Shown here: positions 26,323 to 41,007 of the stretch, piece after piece
How the letters are laid out: every line of letters begins with the position of its first letter
Position numbering within the stretch: position 1 is the stretch's first letter
Source of the DNA: Octopus vulgaris
Lineage: Eukaryota
Assembly: GCA_951406725.2 (NCBI GenBank)
Contig: OX597834.1
Span: 8,680,001-8,744,000 of the forward strand
Direction: 5' to 3'
Length of the DNA: 64,000 nucleotides
Position numbers and translations under genes: made by a program
Notes under the pieces: generated by a model
The model's input: the letters and a program-made list of their open reading frames with translations, nothing else
The model's database searches: none
Told to the model about the DNA's origin: nothing

Positions 26323-27411
26323 TTGAATATGGAGTTAGCTATGTACATCACCTGAGTTCGAATCATGACGGAATAGAGTGAATTTTGCAAATAACACTGA
26401 GGCAAGTATTGAGTAGAGGATCCCATTGCAGTACCGAGAATCCAGCTGTGAGAAAACAATCCCGCACATCGGTGAGGTACTGTGTACTGCTAAGTTCTTC
26501 CGCCATTCTTAAACGACTCCCTCTTCGACCCTGCTTAACGTGTACCAATATAAAAATGCATGTGCGCGTGTACGTATGTTTACCCTTATTTAGTGCATTA
26601 AGTTCAAAAACAATGGTGTTCTTCGTAAAAATCATTTTCTATTTCCTTTCTTCCTTTCGGACTTATTCTTTGACCATTTCCTGTTCAACATTTATTTCTA
26701 TAGCGCTGTACATCTATACCTGTGTCTTACATATGTTAATGCTTGTCTATTTCTTTTCTCTTCTTCTCTACCTCACCCTCTTACCGAACTACAATTTTAT
26801 TCCTCAACACAAAACGCATACATACATACACAGACATATTTTTACTCTCACATACACACACAAGCACTTATATGTGGCCACAATCATTGAACAGAAACTA
26901 ATAACAGAACAAACGAGGAAGAATATGAACATACATAGATACATACATACATACACAGCTATGTAAATATTTATATATATATGCGTGCATGTCTGTCTGT
27001 AAGTGTGTATAGTTCACTGAATCTCTCTATACATTGTACTCTGACTTTCGTATTTGACCTGAAGATTACATCTAAGAATCCAGCTACATTTATCGAATTT
27101 AAATGAAGAAGACTGAAAGCAAATGTAGTACAGGAAACATTTGCAGTAAATTAATAAGAAAATAATAATAATTGAAAGGGAATAATATAAAGCGAATGAA
27201 AAAGCAAGAAAGAAAGGAAGCAGTTAGTTATGTACATTAACGTTGTCGGTAAATATCTGTTGTATCTAAAAAGTGAATAAAAAAAAAAAGAAACACGCAT
27301 TATGCTTCTGTGTATGAATCAATGCAGTCTTCGGAGAGCAACTAAATTGAACTAGTTAAAGTATGAAATACAATGGAATGATTTTAAAGACTTCGATCTA
27401 TCTAAGCTAAC

Positions 27412-27469
<58 letters not shown>

Positions 27470-27595
27470 CACAAATGTACATATATATATATAAATATAT
27501 ACATATATTTATATATACATGCATATCTATCTACATAATTATATATCTTTATATCTAAAGGTACATATATATATATGTATATGAATATGTACGTG

Positions 27596-27640
<45 letters not shown>

Positions 27641-27733
27641 ATATATATTATATGTATGTATATATATATATATATACACACATATATATATATATATTTA
27701 TATATATTTATATATATGTATATATATACTATC

Positions 27734-27771
<38 letters not shown>

Positions 27772-27800
27772 CTACAGGCTTATCTATCTATCTACATAAT

Positions 27801-27833
<33 letters not shown>

Positions 27834-28305
27834 ATGTGGATCTATATATATATATATATATATACACACAAACATATATATATATACATAATATCCATGA
27901 GAGTGTGTATGTATGCTTATGTACTTATATATGCGTATGCGTATGGATTCGTGTTCACACACGATTTTATGTATGAGATTGTGCGGAGGGTATACTTGTA
28001 TATACTCAGGCGTACGGGCTTCAATTGGGTGGGACGGTGATTGAGAATTCAGACAGCAATCCTTAAGTAGGTAGATGCAACTAAATATGAAGTTGCAAAT
28101 ACGTATTGGCACAAATGGAATATGGAACAGGACTTTTTTTAACTTCAATAACTATGAATTCCGCTGCTCACCTAACTGTGTGTGCCAATGAACGCTTGCA
28201 ACAAGAGAGGAGGGGGAACAGCAAATTTCCAGTGTACGTTATAAACGTAATCATTATCCTACATGCACAACGCGTACATAATCAGAAACACAGTCACTCA
28301 CACAA

Positions 28306-28371
<66 letters not shown>

Positions 28372-28446
28372 ATTTATGTATCTATATATATGTATGTATG
28401 TATTTATATATATGTAAGTATTTATATATATATATATGTATGTATG

Positions 28447-28489
<43 letters not shown>

Positions 28490-28690
28490 ATGTATTTATG
28501 CATTATGTATGTGTATATATATAGAGAGAGATGTGCATGCATATATACATGTGTATATATATATGCGTATATGTTTCATATTTCTCTACCTCTTTCCCCT
28601 ACACACACACAGATACATCCATACATATACACACTCACACATAATGTATATATTTGTACGTATATATATATGAATGCCTGTATGTATATA

Positions 28691-28757
<67 letters not shown>

Positions 28758-28778
28758 ATATCTATCTATCTATCTATC

Positions 28779-28825
<47 letters not shown>

Positions 28826-30079
28826 CTTTTGAAGGCGGGACTTCATGTATGCTGGTATCGTATATAGTCTGCACCAGCCAATCGCATATATTTAACAATG
28901 ATGCCAAAGAATTACAACAGCACGCTCAAAAGATCGCATACGTATGTGTACGTGTATGTACACATAAATACATGTTGTGTTTTTTTTATTCATATATATT
29001 CTTATTTTTGTTCATTTCAAACCGGAAGCCGGCCAATTTGGAAACAGGAAGATATATCCCATGATTCAAATATCGATGTGATTTAGATAAACTATTTCGC
29101 TTATAAAGCTTCTCTCTCGATGAGTCTCTCGAAACAAATTTTAAATGTGAAGTCAAAGGCAATCAGTCCGTCGTTGGGGCAGAAGATGTCCGTCACAGTG
29201 AACGTTTCAATTAACCTAAATTAATCAACCGTACCACAATGAAAAAGAAGAAGATAAAATGCAGTCACCATTGTTCCTCACCATGAAATCGTCGTCAGGA
29301 CCTTTGCATGCTTAAAATCGAATATATATATATATATGTATATGCATATATATATGAATATATATGTGAACTTGGATTATAAATTGTAATTTCGACGTGA
29401 AGTATTTCAGTTTAAATCAGTACCATAAAAAATTAATACGAATTACCTATTTTAAAGAGAGGACGAGAATTGAATTGAATATATATATATATATATATGT
29501 ACACTTCAAGTTACAGTTTCAAGTAAAAAGACAATAATTTTAATATATGTTTTGTTTCGGAACTGGAGCGTATTTTACAATAAAGAAAACAAACTGGACA
29601 TATTTTAATTGAAAATGAAACCTCGCATTTATGTACTTTATAATTGTTGTGTTGCTTCGTGAAATATTCAAGATTCTTGAAAATCGGAATTTCACAAAGC
29701 TATATATATATATATATTTTTTAAAAAGTTCCAGATTTAATCTACGTCATAAAACGAAAATTTTACTTCCCTACAAAAATTTCGGATATAATTTAAAAGA
29801 TTTGAACAAACATTAAAGCTGGACATATAACATTTTTTTTGTATAAAACTGAAGGATTTAATCAGGTGAAAGTAAGTTCTCTTTTTTTTTCTTCCTTTCT
29901 CTCTTACTTTCTTTTCTGTTTTTTTTTTAGCTTTTGTTTTGCCTCAGTTATCTATTTTCATTTCACACAACCGAACATATAAATATTCTTTTGTAGATTA
30001 ATGTATATTATTTATGATATATAATAACTATCTGTTATTTGAAGTTGTTTTCTTCAGAAATAAAGAGCGAACGAGAGGG

Positions 30080-30202
30080 AGAAAGAGGGAAAGACAGCGA
30101 CTGAATGAGAGTATATAAAGAGAAAGAGGGAAAGACAGCGACTGAATGAGAGTAGATAAAGAGAAAGAGGGAAAGACAGCGACTGAATGAGAGTAGATAA
30201 AG
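30080..30202. repeat. 41-bp minisatellite, three copies
   Basis: AGAAAGAGGGAAAGACAGCGACTGAATGAGAGTA(T/G)ATAAAG at 30080, 30121 and 30162. Confidence 0.95.
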
Positions 30203-30491
30203 AGAAAGAAAAAAAAACTGATCACTTAATCAATATTTGTAATAATTTATTTCGGTTCATATTTACAGTATTGTAATTAAAATGTCATGTCCACCTGCAC
30301 TGGAATAACGAGAAAAAGTGAGAAGAGAATCCAGAATATCTCTCGTAAGGGTTTGGAGATCCTCTCTTAAGATATCTTTCTCTCCGAAGCACTGTCTTTG
30401 CAAGTGAGAATGATCGATAGAAAGTATGTTGTTATAATGACAATGAATCTTGCTCTATACGGGTATAGAAAACGCTTTAAAATCAAATCAA

Positions 30492-30920
30492 GGATCTTTT
30501 CGGTTTGACCGGCAGTTTTTAAAAATAATTTCAACGTAACTAAACACGTTTAAACTCCGTATACTGGTAGAATGTGTTTATAAAACATCTTTTTCTCTTG
30601 GCTTTATTGAGAAAATTTTATGGTTTGGAAGATATTTGTTGTTGTTTTTTTTTTTCAAGTTCTGCAATTTCAACCAATCAATGACGTCTATTGAGGTGAA
30701 AACATTCTGTGTCGTATGAATATGTCCCTCGTTTAAGAAACAGATTGGGTTTATTTACATTTCTGTAAAAAAAAAGATACCCCTCCCCCACCCTGACCCT
30801 AACAAACCCTAAGTCTAACTCTAACCCTAAAACAGATTGAAATACAATAGGGTCATAATCATGGATGACAATTTCATATGAGACCGCCAGAAAAAGCTGC
30901 CGTTCAAACCGAAAAGATGC
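30492..30920. mobile_element. MITE, same family as 18887-19316
   Basis: TIR GGATCTTTTCGGTTTGACCGGCAG / CTGCCGTTCAAACCGAAAAGATGC; TSD CAA/CAA. Confidence 0.85.
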
Positions 30921-33499
30921 CAAATTAATATCATTAAAATAGTTGTATACAGCATGTACCAGCTGTTTTGTTTTTGCGTTGACATCTCTCGTAAAAACAG
31001 AAATATGTTTTGTTATTTAGATTAAACTCCATATCGTCGGTATGCCCTCCATTTGTACATAAAGCACCATTAAACCACTGCAGTGCGTCCCATACAATCA
31101 ACACACAAAACTCCGCAATATTAAATTCCAATTTTTGGCACAAGGCCAGCAATTATGTTGGTCGAGGCTAGACGATTATATACACAATATTACTCAACAA
31201 GTTACTGCGTCAATACTTGTAGAATTAGATGTATGGGTGGTTCACGGAACATGGAGGTGTTAATGACGTAATCTAGAAATACCAGCCAACATCTTGAAAT
31301 GACATGCTGCCCTCTTGAATAAAGTATGCACGATGATAATGTAGTTCTATGCAATATAGGATGCAGACCACTGGAATGGTTTTCATCGTAGTTTCATTAG
31401 GTTATTGTCATCCTGTGAGAGAGAAGAGTGTACAACCGGAATAGATACGTTTTGATCCAATGTGATTGATTTTACGTTCAAAATCGATGCACTCAAATAG
31501 CAGTTAAATCTGTTTTATATTATATCCTATTATATTTATACATTATATATTCGTGTGAGCAGGAAAATATACATAAAAGGGGTGGGCTTCTTATGGATGG
31601 AATATATATACATAGCTTACCCAGGTCATCCATGGCATTGAACAATAACAGTCATAGCAGCTAAAAGAAAACACAGCTTTTATTTCGAGTGAGCACAATT
31701 TCTTGGAGAGGGTTACTTTACTTACAATGATAGAAGTTAATCGTCACAGACACCTAGACCTACACACACACACACATATGTATATATAGCCTTGGCGAGA
31801 CAGCTTTTTTCTTAATTGACGACAAAACAGGGTATATGTTTATTTATTATCCTTAGACCGACTGCATGTATACACATAAGTTATACGATCTAGAAACCAT
31901 ATAATCTAAAATTGTTCTTGCACCTTTTCTACTAACACATTCTCCCAACAATTGAAGAATTCTCATTTGCCCCAAGGCAATAATATAAATGCCTTTACTT
32001 GAACAGTTTGTCTTTCTATTACTCTTCACAGAAAATCACTAGTTTTCCAACATTATACTGCTTAACTTTAGCATAATGATATCACTAGCTAAATTTAATA
32101 AAATTACTGCACTTTATTCTTAATTTGTCCCACTTTAATGATTTTGAAATAACTCTAATAAGTTTAAATGAACGAAAATAGCATATAAAAGGTACATGCA
32201 CTGAAATGTTAATAGTTTTATTACCAGGGGCTGCAGTTTAACAATGTCTGTTTGAAGGTCATGATAGAAATAGAATCTTGCAGTCAAAACACTATTTTAA
32301 CTTCGTCTCAATTTAAATGAAATCACCACCAGCCACATAAACAGCCACACACATATACAGCCACACACATATTCAGACATTTCCACACACATACATTCAC
32401 TCACACGTATATTCCGACGCAAACTGTTTTCAACATTACTTATATGCGTCACACTCTTGAAATTTCTAAAAGGATTTTTGCTCGCGGATGATAGACTGGT
32501 GTTGAAGTAATAGAAATAGATAGATAGATAGATAGAATGTAGTATGGAGCATTTAAGTTCCTATTGTTTGCTTAACTTTGGGAAATGTTTGAAATATTTT
32601 TGAATACATCTTTCTCACTTTCTCCCTCTTTCTCTCGTTGTATCTAATTTAATTTCGAGACAAAGGTAAAATTCTGTGGAAAATTGTATTAAAGTACCTT
32701 AAAGAGAGAAAGAAAGGAAAAAAAAATTAAATAAAAATAAAAGTGAATCTCAGACACTATTTGGAAAGGAATCGGCGGTGCTTTCATATTTGATTTTAAT
32801 TAAATTTGTTTTTTGCTAACGTAGTATATACCGTTTATATTGCTTCTTTTTATTTTAGTTAAAGATATAGTTTCTATACTCATGATAAATGGAGTGAGAT
32901 AGCACTGAAGGAAGAATATGTAAAAATACACCCATTTTACAGAAGAAATACCAAAAGCAAAACATAAAGAAGCAAATGAAGTCTAATAAAAGTAATGAAT
33001 GATTCTCTGTAAAATAGTTAGGTTTTTCTATACTGGGAGGTTTCGTTCTAGCATTTATTGACGATGTTATTGATCGAATTCGCTGAGGTTAACAAACAAA
33101 TTATATTTAACTTGGACTTTAGTCCCTTCATAACAACGTTTATAATTCAGTTTTATTAGTTTACACTCACATTAAAAATACCAAATTACATCAAAGACAA
33201 GGGAGTTTCAATGTATTCTCGAATCCATTGCGTCATAGGAACATTATATAAAGACGGGGAAACAAAATAGCAGGCCCATAGTCGATAAATTTGCTAGAAA
33301 TAGTAATCAAATCATCTTTAAATAAAATCTTGGTATCATATAAATGAAAACTATTCATACAAAACAGTAGTCTTTGACACAATATGTTTGAAAACAGACA
33401 AATTGGAAACAATAGCTGAGAAACATTTAATCGCAGAGTTGCCGTATGCTAAAAAACAAAACTAGTTAGACAACCGGCGTTCGTCTTGCTGCGAGGTTA

Positions 33500-33893
33500 T
33501 CTTTATATATAAAAGTGAAGTTGTGTGTCTGTCTCCTACGATTTAGATTCCTAACTGCTCCCACATTTTGCGGTGCAGTTTAACCATAACCGGGTATCTT
33601 ATAGTCGTGATTCATATCGAGCCCTTCTGGGTATTAGCGCGCGTCTACGATGAGTCTACGATTTAAAAGAAATTACCATCAATGTTTCCCATTTTTAATG
33701 CATTTTTTGCTATTATATAAGGGAAGTAACTCTCTAAAAATTTATTATTAAATCTCAGAACGTAAAAAGCTACAGTTACACCCCCACCTTTGTGGTTAGC
33801 CATATTGAGATGGCTATTATACTTTACATCTCTAAAAATGCTTATATAGTTATTTCCCTTACACACCCGAGCAACGCAGGGCGATACTGCTAG
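33500..33893 (+). mobile_element. Non-autonomous Helitron
   Basis: A|TC...CCCGAGCAACGCAGGG...CTAG|T. It is about 97 bp longer than the 7325 copy. Confidence 0.88.
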
Positions 33894-34139
33894 TTCAATA
33901 TAAAAACCAAGAACTTCAGACTGAGCAAAAATTTTATATAATCCCAAGTCAAACCATATAGGTTTTCCCCATTTATCATCGGTTTCAACATCTTTCAGTT
34001 ATATATACTTTCATTACTGAAGCTTTGTTTCGTGATGGAATGGCTTCCCACTATTCCAAACATGTTTCACCACTAAAGAAGCGTAGTCAGGAAACACTAT
34101 TAGACAGATTATCTGGTTAATCACGCAATTAAGAATAGA

Positions 34140-34304
34140 GGCGCAGGAGTGGCTGTGTGGTAAGTAGCTTGCTAAACAACCACATTGTTCCGGGATCAGT
34201 CCCACTGCGTTGCATCTTGGGCAAGTGTCTTCTGCTATAGCCCCGGGCCGACCAATTCCTTGTGAGTGGATTTGGTAGACGGAAACTGAAAGAAGCCTGT
34301 CGTA

Positions 34305-34369
<65 letters not shown>

Positions 34370-34578
34370 TTCTGTTTGTCCCCCTAGCATTGCTTGACAA
34401 CCGATGCTAGTGTGTTTACGTCCCCGTCACTTAGCGGTTCGGCAAAAAGAGACCGATAGTATAAGTACTGGGCTTACAAAGAATAAGTCCCGGGGTCGAT
34501 TTGCTCGACTAAAAGGCGGTGCTCCAGCATGGCCGCAGTCAAATGACTGAAACAAGTAAAAGAGTAAAGAGTAAAAGA
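34140..34578 (+). mobile_element. SINE family A
   Basis: Full length with internal (TA)n. Confidence 0.92.
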
Positions 34579-34898
34579 GATTGAGGAACATATAGTTTTT
34601 TTTGTTGTTTACAGAATGAATGTTGTTCCAAACTTTAATTTCTAAGATGCCATCAACATGAGGCATAAGGGTAATGTGTGAGTGTGAAAAAAACTGAACG
34701 AAGGAAAACTAAAGATGTGAAATTCGAATCAACTGTACGGTAAGACGTAAATAATAATAATAATAATAACTGTAAATTCAAACTCATTTATTTGTGGAAT
34801 GTGTGAGTATTGAAAGAAAACTGAACGGACCATATAAGTACAGCGGCCACGTCATAGGCAACACATTTTATATACGGGGTGTTCCAGAATTAACTGTT

Positions 34899-35035
34899 AG
34901 GTTGTCCCAAAAGTTCGTAAACACTTGCGAAAATTGAATTTTTACTCGCCAAGTACTAACAAAAACAACAAAAATTATTCCTCAAAATAAAGACCATTAT
35001 TTTCCAAGACTTTCTACGAACTTTTGGGACAACCT
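34899..35035. mobile_element. Small mariner-type MITE
   Basis: Perfect 21-bp TIR AGGTTGTCCCAAAAGTTCGTA / TACGAACTTTTGGGACAACCT. Confidence 0.85.
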
Positions 35036-35359
35036 TATATTTCATCGAAATCAGGTAAATTATAAAAGAAAACAAAAACTGACATAAGTTTTTTGATTAC
35101 TTAATTATGATAGCAAACAAATAAATTTTCATAACTAGCGAAATTTTCGATATGTGCTCCGTCTGTATCTCTGAATATTTATAATCTACCCTTAGCGATG
35201 CGAAATGCATTTGAGGCAATTTCAGGAGTTATCTTCCACATTCATTAAGTTCAGCTAAACTATTCGTCCACCCTGAAGAGGGAGGCAGAGAAAATAATTG
35301 CCACCAATTTTTTTTAAATCTGTCGGGTAGATAAGAGTGATTCGACAGAAATACGCTCG

Positions 35360-35770
35360 TTACTCTTTTTCTTGTTTCAGTCATTTGACTGCGGCCATGC
35401 TGGAGCACCGCCTTTAGTCGAGCAAACGAACCCCAGGACTTACTCTTTGTAAGCCCAGTACTTATTCTATCGCTCTATTTTGCTGAACCGCTAAGTGACG
35501 GCTACGTAAACACACCAGCAGCGGTTGTCAAGCAATGCTAGGGGAGACAAACAGACACACAAACATAGACATGCATATATATATATATATATATACATAT
35601 ATACGACGGGCGTCTTTCAGTTTCCGTCTACCAAATCCACTCACAAGGCATTGGTCGGCCCGGGGCTATTGCAGAAAACACTTGCCCAAGATGCCACGCA
35701 GTTTGACTGAACCCGGAATCATGTGGTTGGTAAACAAGCTACTTACCACACAGTCACTCAGTCACTCCTA
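35360..35770 (-). mobile_element. SINE family A
   Basis: Full-length homolog. Confidence 0.9.
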
Positions 35771-36712
35771 GAATATGAAATTGTCAGAAAATTATAGAAA
35801 ATATCAAATTATAAACAGAATAAAAAATTTATACACTTTTAAAACATGTTAAACCTGATAAACGTAAACAAAAGTGAGTTTTTTTTTAATGCCTCATTTT
35901 ACTGAAATAGATATTTAATTCTGGGATACCTTGTATTTCCTCCGGGAACTGCAGCCAATAACCAAAGCCAGCATTCCTATATTCTTTACTATAGTGAAAA
36001 TATCGCAATTGGTACCACTTATATAGTTACTCAGTTTGATATAGTTAGGAGGGGGGAAGCCTTTAGAACACATTTTGCCCAACCATCACAATTGGTTTCG
36101 GGAAATAGACACAAACTGCACTTAATCATTACCCTTATTCGCTAACCCTGAGAAAATGCATGTAAATATTTAGGGCCCACTGGACGAAAATTAGAACCAC
36201 GTCATAATATAAATTTGGGGGAAATGTCTTTAAAACAGGCGTGGTACGTATAAACTTGAGGAAAGCTTGTGTAGCCACTTTTTGATGCCATTATTTACAT
36301 TTATTAATATTGTTACATGCCTAAATGCGAGATTTTTCCAGGATTCTGGTAAAATCTAATAAAATCATATTTGAAAACGTTATTAAAATATTTCGAATAC
36401 CATTGAAAAAAGAGAATAGCATATTTTTATACGTTCCATGATTACACTCTACCATAGCCATCGTCGATTCAGGCAATATGCAACTAGGAATGGGAATATT
36501 AATTTTTATGCAAGCAGAAACATATTCAAAAATTATAGATGCTCAGAGTCCAATATATAGAGCATAAAAATCTGAATATGCAAGAAATATTAGGAATATC
36601 AATGTATACAATAAAGATGATTTTCTGTCTTACATGGCATAACACATTCTGCAAAAAAAGTTTCAACAGAATTTCACGTTTGAATATGAAATATGAACAA
36701 CAATATTGTTGC

Positions 36713-36714
<2 letters not shown>

Positions 36715-36775
<61 letters not shown>

Positions 36776-37055
36776 TGTATGTATGTATGTATGTATGTAT
36801 TTATGTATGTATGTATGTATGTATGTATGTATATATGCATGTGTGTATGTATGTATGTATATATGTATGTATATATGCATGTGTGTATGTATGTATGTAT
36901 GTATGCATGTATTTATGTATGTATGTATGTATGTATATATGCATGTGTGTATGTATGTATGTATGTATATATGTATGTATGTATATATGCATGTGTGTAT
37001 GTATATATGTATGTGTGTATGCATTTATGTACGTATGTATGTAAGTATGTATGTA
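36715..37055. repeat. (TATG)n microsatellite
   Basis: Tetranucleotide array with recurring ATATGCATGTGT interruptions, followed by a SINE A head fragment (37062-37175). Confidence 0.95.
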
Positions 37056-37283
37056 CGTCTCTGGGTTCAGTACCACTGCATAGCAACTTAGACAGGCGTC
37101 TTCTACTATAGCCTCGGGTCGACCAGATCATTGTGACTGGATTCAGTAAACGGAAACTGAAAGAAGCCCGTCGTGTATATAAGTATACGCAGTGACCAAA
37201 TGCACTATAGTTTCATCCACGTTCTGTTCTCTGAGCAATATGTCTCTATATTGCAGTGTATTCTAATAACGAGAAATATATAC

Positions 37284-37337
<54 letters not shown>

Positions 37338-37585
37338 AGATAATAAAAATATATGCATACATACAAACATATATGTACGTACCTACATCTACATGTATAT
37401 ATACATGCATATATAAATAATTATACGGGAGGGAGTACAGGACATCACAAAAAGACGTAGAAACGGAAAAAGCCAAAAAACAAAAAACAAGAAAACGGAA
37501 AACGAAAAACATGAAAACGAAAAACAATTACAGGACGAGCTACACAAGGACAAAACCCCCGTACACAGGGGGACGAACGAAGAGG

Positions 37586-37625
<40 letters not shown>

Positions 37626-37691
37626 GTATTTAAATAACGAGAAATATATATCATCTAATGGAATGTATACATGCATATATTCCATTAGATT

Positions 37692-38628
37692 AAAGGATGA
37701 GCCTAAATGAGCGGAAGATTATGCATGGATATGTTAGTATAACGCTTCGAGATGATAGTAACATTGATCATCAAATTAGTCTATCATGGACCAATAACCG
37801 GATCATTACTTCCTGCTTTGAAGGGTATGTTTTTGCAATCGAGGAACAGGAAATATCAACAAAATGACCGATGCTTAAAAGGGATACAGATGCAAGAAAA
37901 TCAGTAAAATGCGACAACCGATGCAGAATTTGTGGAATTAACACCGAAGAAATCATAACATCATAACCAGTTGCGCCAAAATATCATCACAGTATTATCT
38001 ACCGAAGTGACATGATGTTTTAGCTAGGTTACTCTATAATGAAATCCTTCGGAAGGATAACCCCGAGGACGAAGAAATAAGAATCCACAGTATGGTAGAA
38101 GGGATAGCTTCTCATAATAAAAAGGAATACTGGTAGAATGTCCCAGTGAAGACCTCAATAAAATGTAAGGACAAGAGACCTGATATAAGGATTTGGGATA
38201 AGGAAGAGAAATTGTGTATAGTTGTGGAAATTAGCTCTCCAGCAGATATTAACATAATACAGAAGGTCAGTGAAAAAGAGAATACCTACGTTGAACTATT
38301 GAGAAATCTGCAGTTATTTTATCTAAATTACAAGTTCAGGTTTATACCTGTAATTATTGTGGTACTGGGATATGTAACAGACTGCCTAAATACCAATCTT
38401 GATAAGTTAGGCTTCTCAAAACAAGATAGGAGAACGTTAATTAGAAAACTACCGATTCAGTACATCACTGGAACTGTAGCATTTAGTAAAATTTTCCAGA
38501 AGTTATCATTTAAATATATATGAGGATGTGTATATATGCAACTATATGCATAAAAATACAGACATAAAACAAAATATACAAATTTTCACATATACATACA
38601 TGCATACATACATACATACATACATACA

Positions 38629-38662
<34 letters not shown>

Positions 38663-38845
38663 CATACATGCATACATACATATATACATACATGCATACA
38701 TTCATACATATATACATACATACATACATACATACATACATACATACAATGAAAAAATACCCTGTTGTGGAGTCTTGAATCGAAGTTATAGACCGACTCT
38801 TTCTCTATTAGCAAGGAATCTTGAAATAAAAGTGAACCATAACAT
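37692..38845 (+). pseudogene. R4/Dong-like non-LTR retrotransposon 3' part (CCHC finger plus restriction-like endonuclease)
   Basis: EGYVFAIEEQEI, CDNRCRICG..H..SC, *HDVLA (RHD motif), KRPDIRIWDKEEKLCIVVEISSP, KENTY, FIPVIIVVLG, with several stops. The 3' UTR contains (CATA)n. Confidence 0.88.
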
Positions 38846-39973
38846 ATATATCCGTGTGTTTGGGACTGTTTGTGTGTGTTTCTGTGTGTGTGAATGCATA
38901 TGTGTGTTTAAATGTATTTACAAAGAGCATAAAAAGCAGAAGGCTGAAATAAATGCATACGTACTTTACTTGACACCTGTTTCCGGAAACTCTGATTTGT
39001 ACAATAATTGCAATATTCATAAATTGTAGACGGAATATGCAAAACGTCTTGACTATACAATCAGTAAACATTATGTAAACAGTAAAACGGAGATATTTCC
39101 CTTAAGTCTGCTTTTGCCAAATTTCCCTTCTTACTTACTGTAACATCTCTGCGTGACTGCTTAATGGTTTCATACCCAACGACTTTTGCATATTCCTTCT
39201 GCGAACTATGACTATTTATAATCAGTTCCCGGAGAATAGGAAAATAAAAAGCAACAAATCGTATATCTTCCCACAAATCAGCCTCGACCATATTTCGATG
39301 TCTCGGTTACGTCACGTACTCGTTTAGTAAGTCATGCTCGTAGACGGATTGTTCGAAATGATATGAAAGACTTCCGGAGTGTTTGTAATCGACACTGCGA
39401 ATCAATTCCTAGCCTCTAGATTCATACTAGACATCACCAAATAAAACAAGTGAATAGTAAACATTTGCAAATTAGAGGAATAATAATAATATGAGTGCAT
39501 TGCTAATTCTTTATTTGTGTCAGTAATATTTTCCGGTTAGACAAGCATTTTCGTTTTTCTGTTCCACTTGTTATTACGTGATTCCTTTTCGATTTTATAA
39601 TATTTTTACTGAACACTCGTACTCCGTTTCGGAGGTAAAATTTCCATTCTAAATGTCTATATATTTCCACACACATAGACAGACACAACATAGCACACAC
39701 ATGCGGACACACATACAAACACTTACACACATTCTTATACACACACATGTGTGTATGTGAGTGTGTTTGGGTGTATATAGGAATATAGATATATGCAGAT
39801 ATGCAAATGGTTGGAGACTATACATATTTGTGAATGTATGTAAGATAATATGTGCGTATTTTCATGTATATATTAACATTTACATAACAGATTATACATA
39901 TATACATTCATACTTGCATACATATGTGTGTGTGTAAGTGCGTGCGTGTATATATCTTGAAATAAAACTTGAA

Positions 39974-40064
<91 letters not shown>

Positions 40065-40094
40065 ATATATATGCATATATATATGCATATATAT

Positions 40095-40146
<52 letters not shown>

Positions 40147-40254
40147 ATGCATATGTTTACATATATATTAAGAGATATTTATACAGACATTTATCTTAAA
40201 AATCTACTTTCTACAAGTAATATCAGGGTGTATTGTCAATGTTGCAATTATGAT

Positions 40255-40322
<68 letters not shown>

Positions 40323-40781
40323 CGTTATCTACGCTTTTGTACGAATCTAAATTCATTTCCAATTTAAATTTTTTTGTTAAAACCTAATCTCTGAACATCA
40401 CGAAATACATAGTTATATTGCTTTGTTAGCTTGTTTCTTTGCGAATTCAGTATTTTCGAAAGATAATGCAGGTATTAATTCAAATAAACACATGATTCAT
40501 TATCTTCTTAAAGTCTACATTAAACATATGCGTCTATGAAAAGCATCAGTATTGATAACGGTTTTGTTCAGTTCTGAATATTTGTTCAGATACATTCTAA
40601 TAAGTGCAACTGTGCACGCGCCCGTCTGTATGTGTTTGTGAGTGAGAGAGAGAAGGAGTGTGTATGTGCATACGCCAGTGTGTGAGCGGGTGTCTGTGTG
40701 TGTATTTGTAGATATGTACACGCATGTATGTATGTATATATATACTTACCTGTTTCTCTTTCTGTGTGTTTCCATGCCTCT

Positions 40782-40813
<32 letters not shown>

Positions 40814-40818
40814 GTATG

Positions 40819-40967
<149 letters not shown>

Positions 40968-40969
40968 AT

Positions 40970-41007
<38 letters not shown>

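Larger units (their letters stand above)
34875..35933. mobile_element. Non-autonomous Tc1/mariner element hosting two nested insertions
   Basis: TA|CGGGGTGTTCCAGAATTAA ... TTAATTCTGGGATACCTTG|TA imperfect TIRs. Confidence 0.65.

Noticed and set aside
29115-29140. TCGATGAGTCTCTCGAAAC hammerhead-like string
   Set aside because: The core is not CUGANGA, and there is no stem I or cleavage triplet.
30080-30202. CRISPR-like periodic repeat
   Set aside because: Contiguous 41-bp units with no spacers, eukaryotic context and no cas genes. The same applies to the 184-bp and 143-176-bp arrays.
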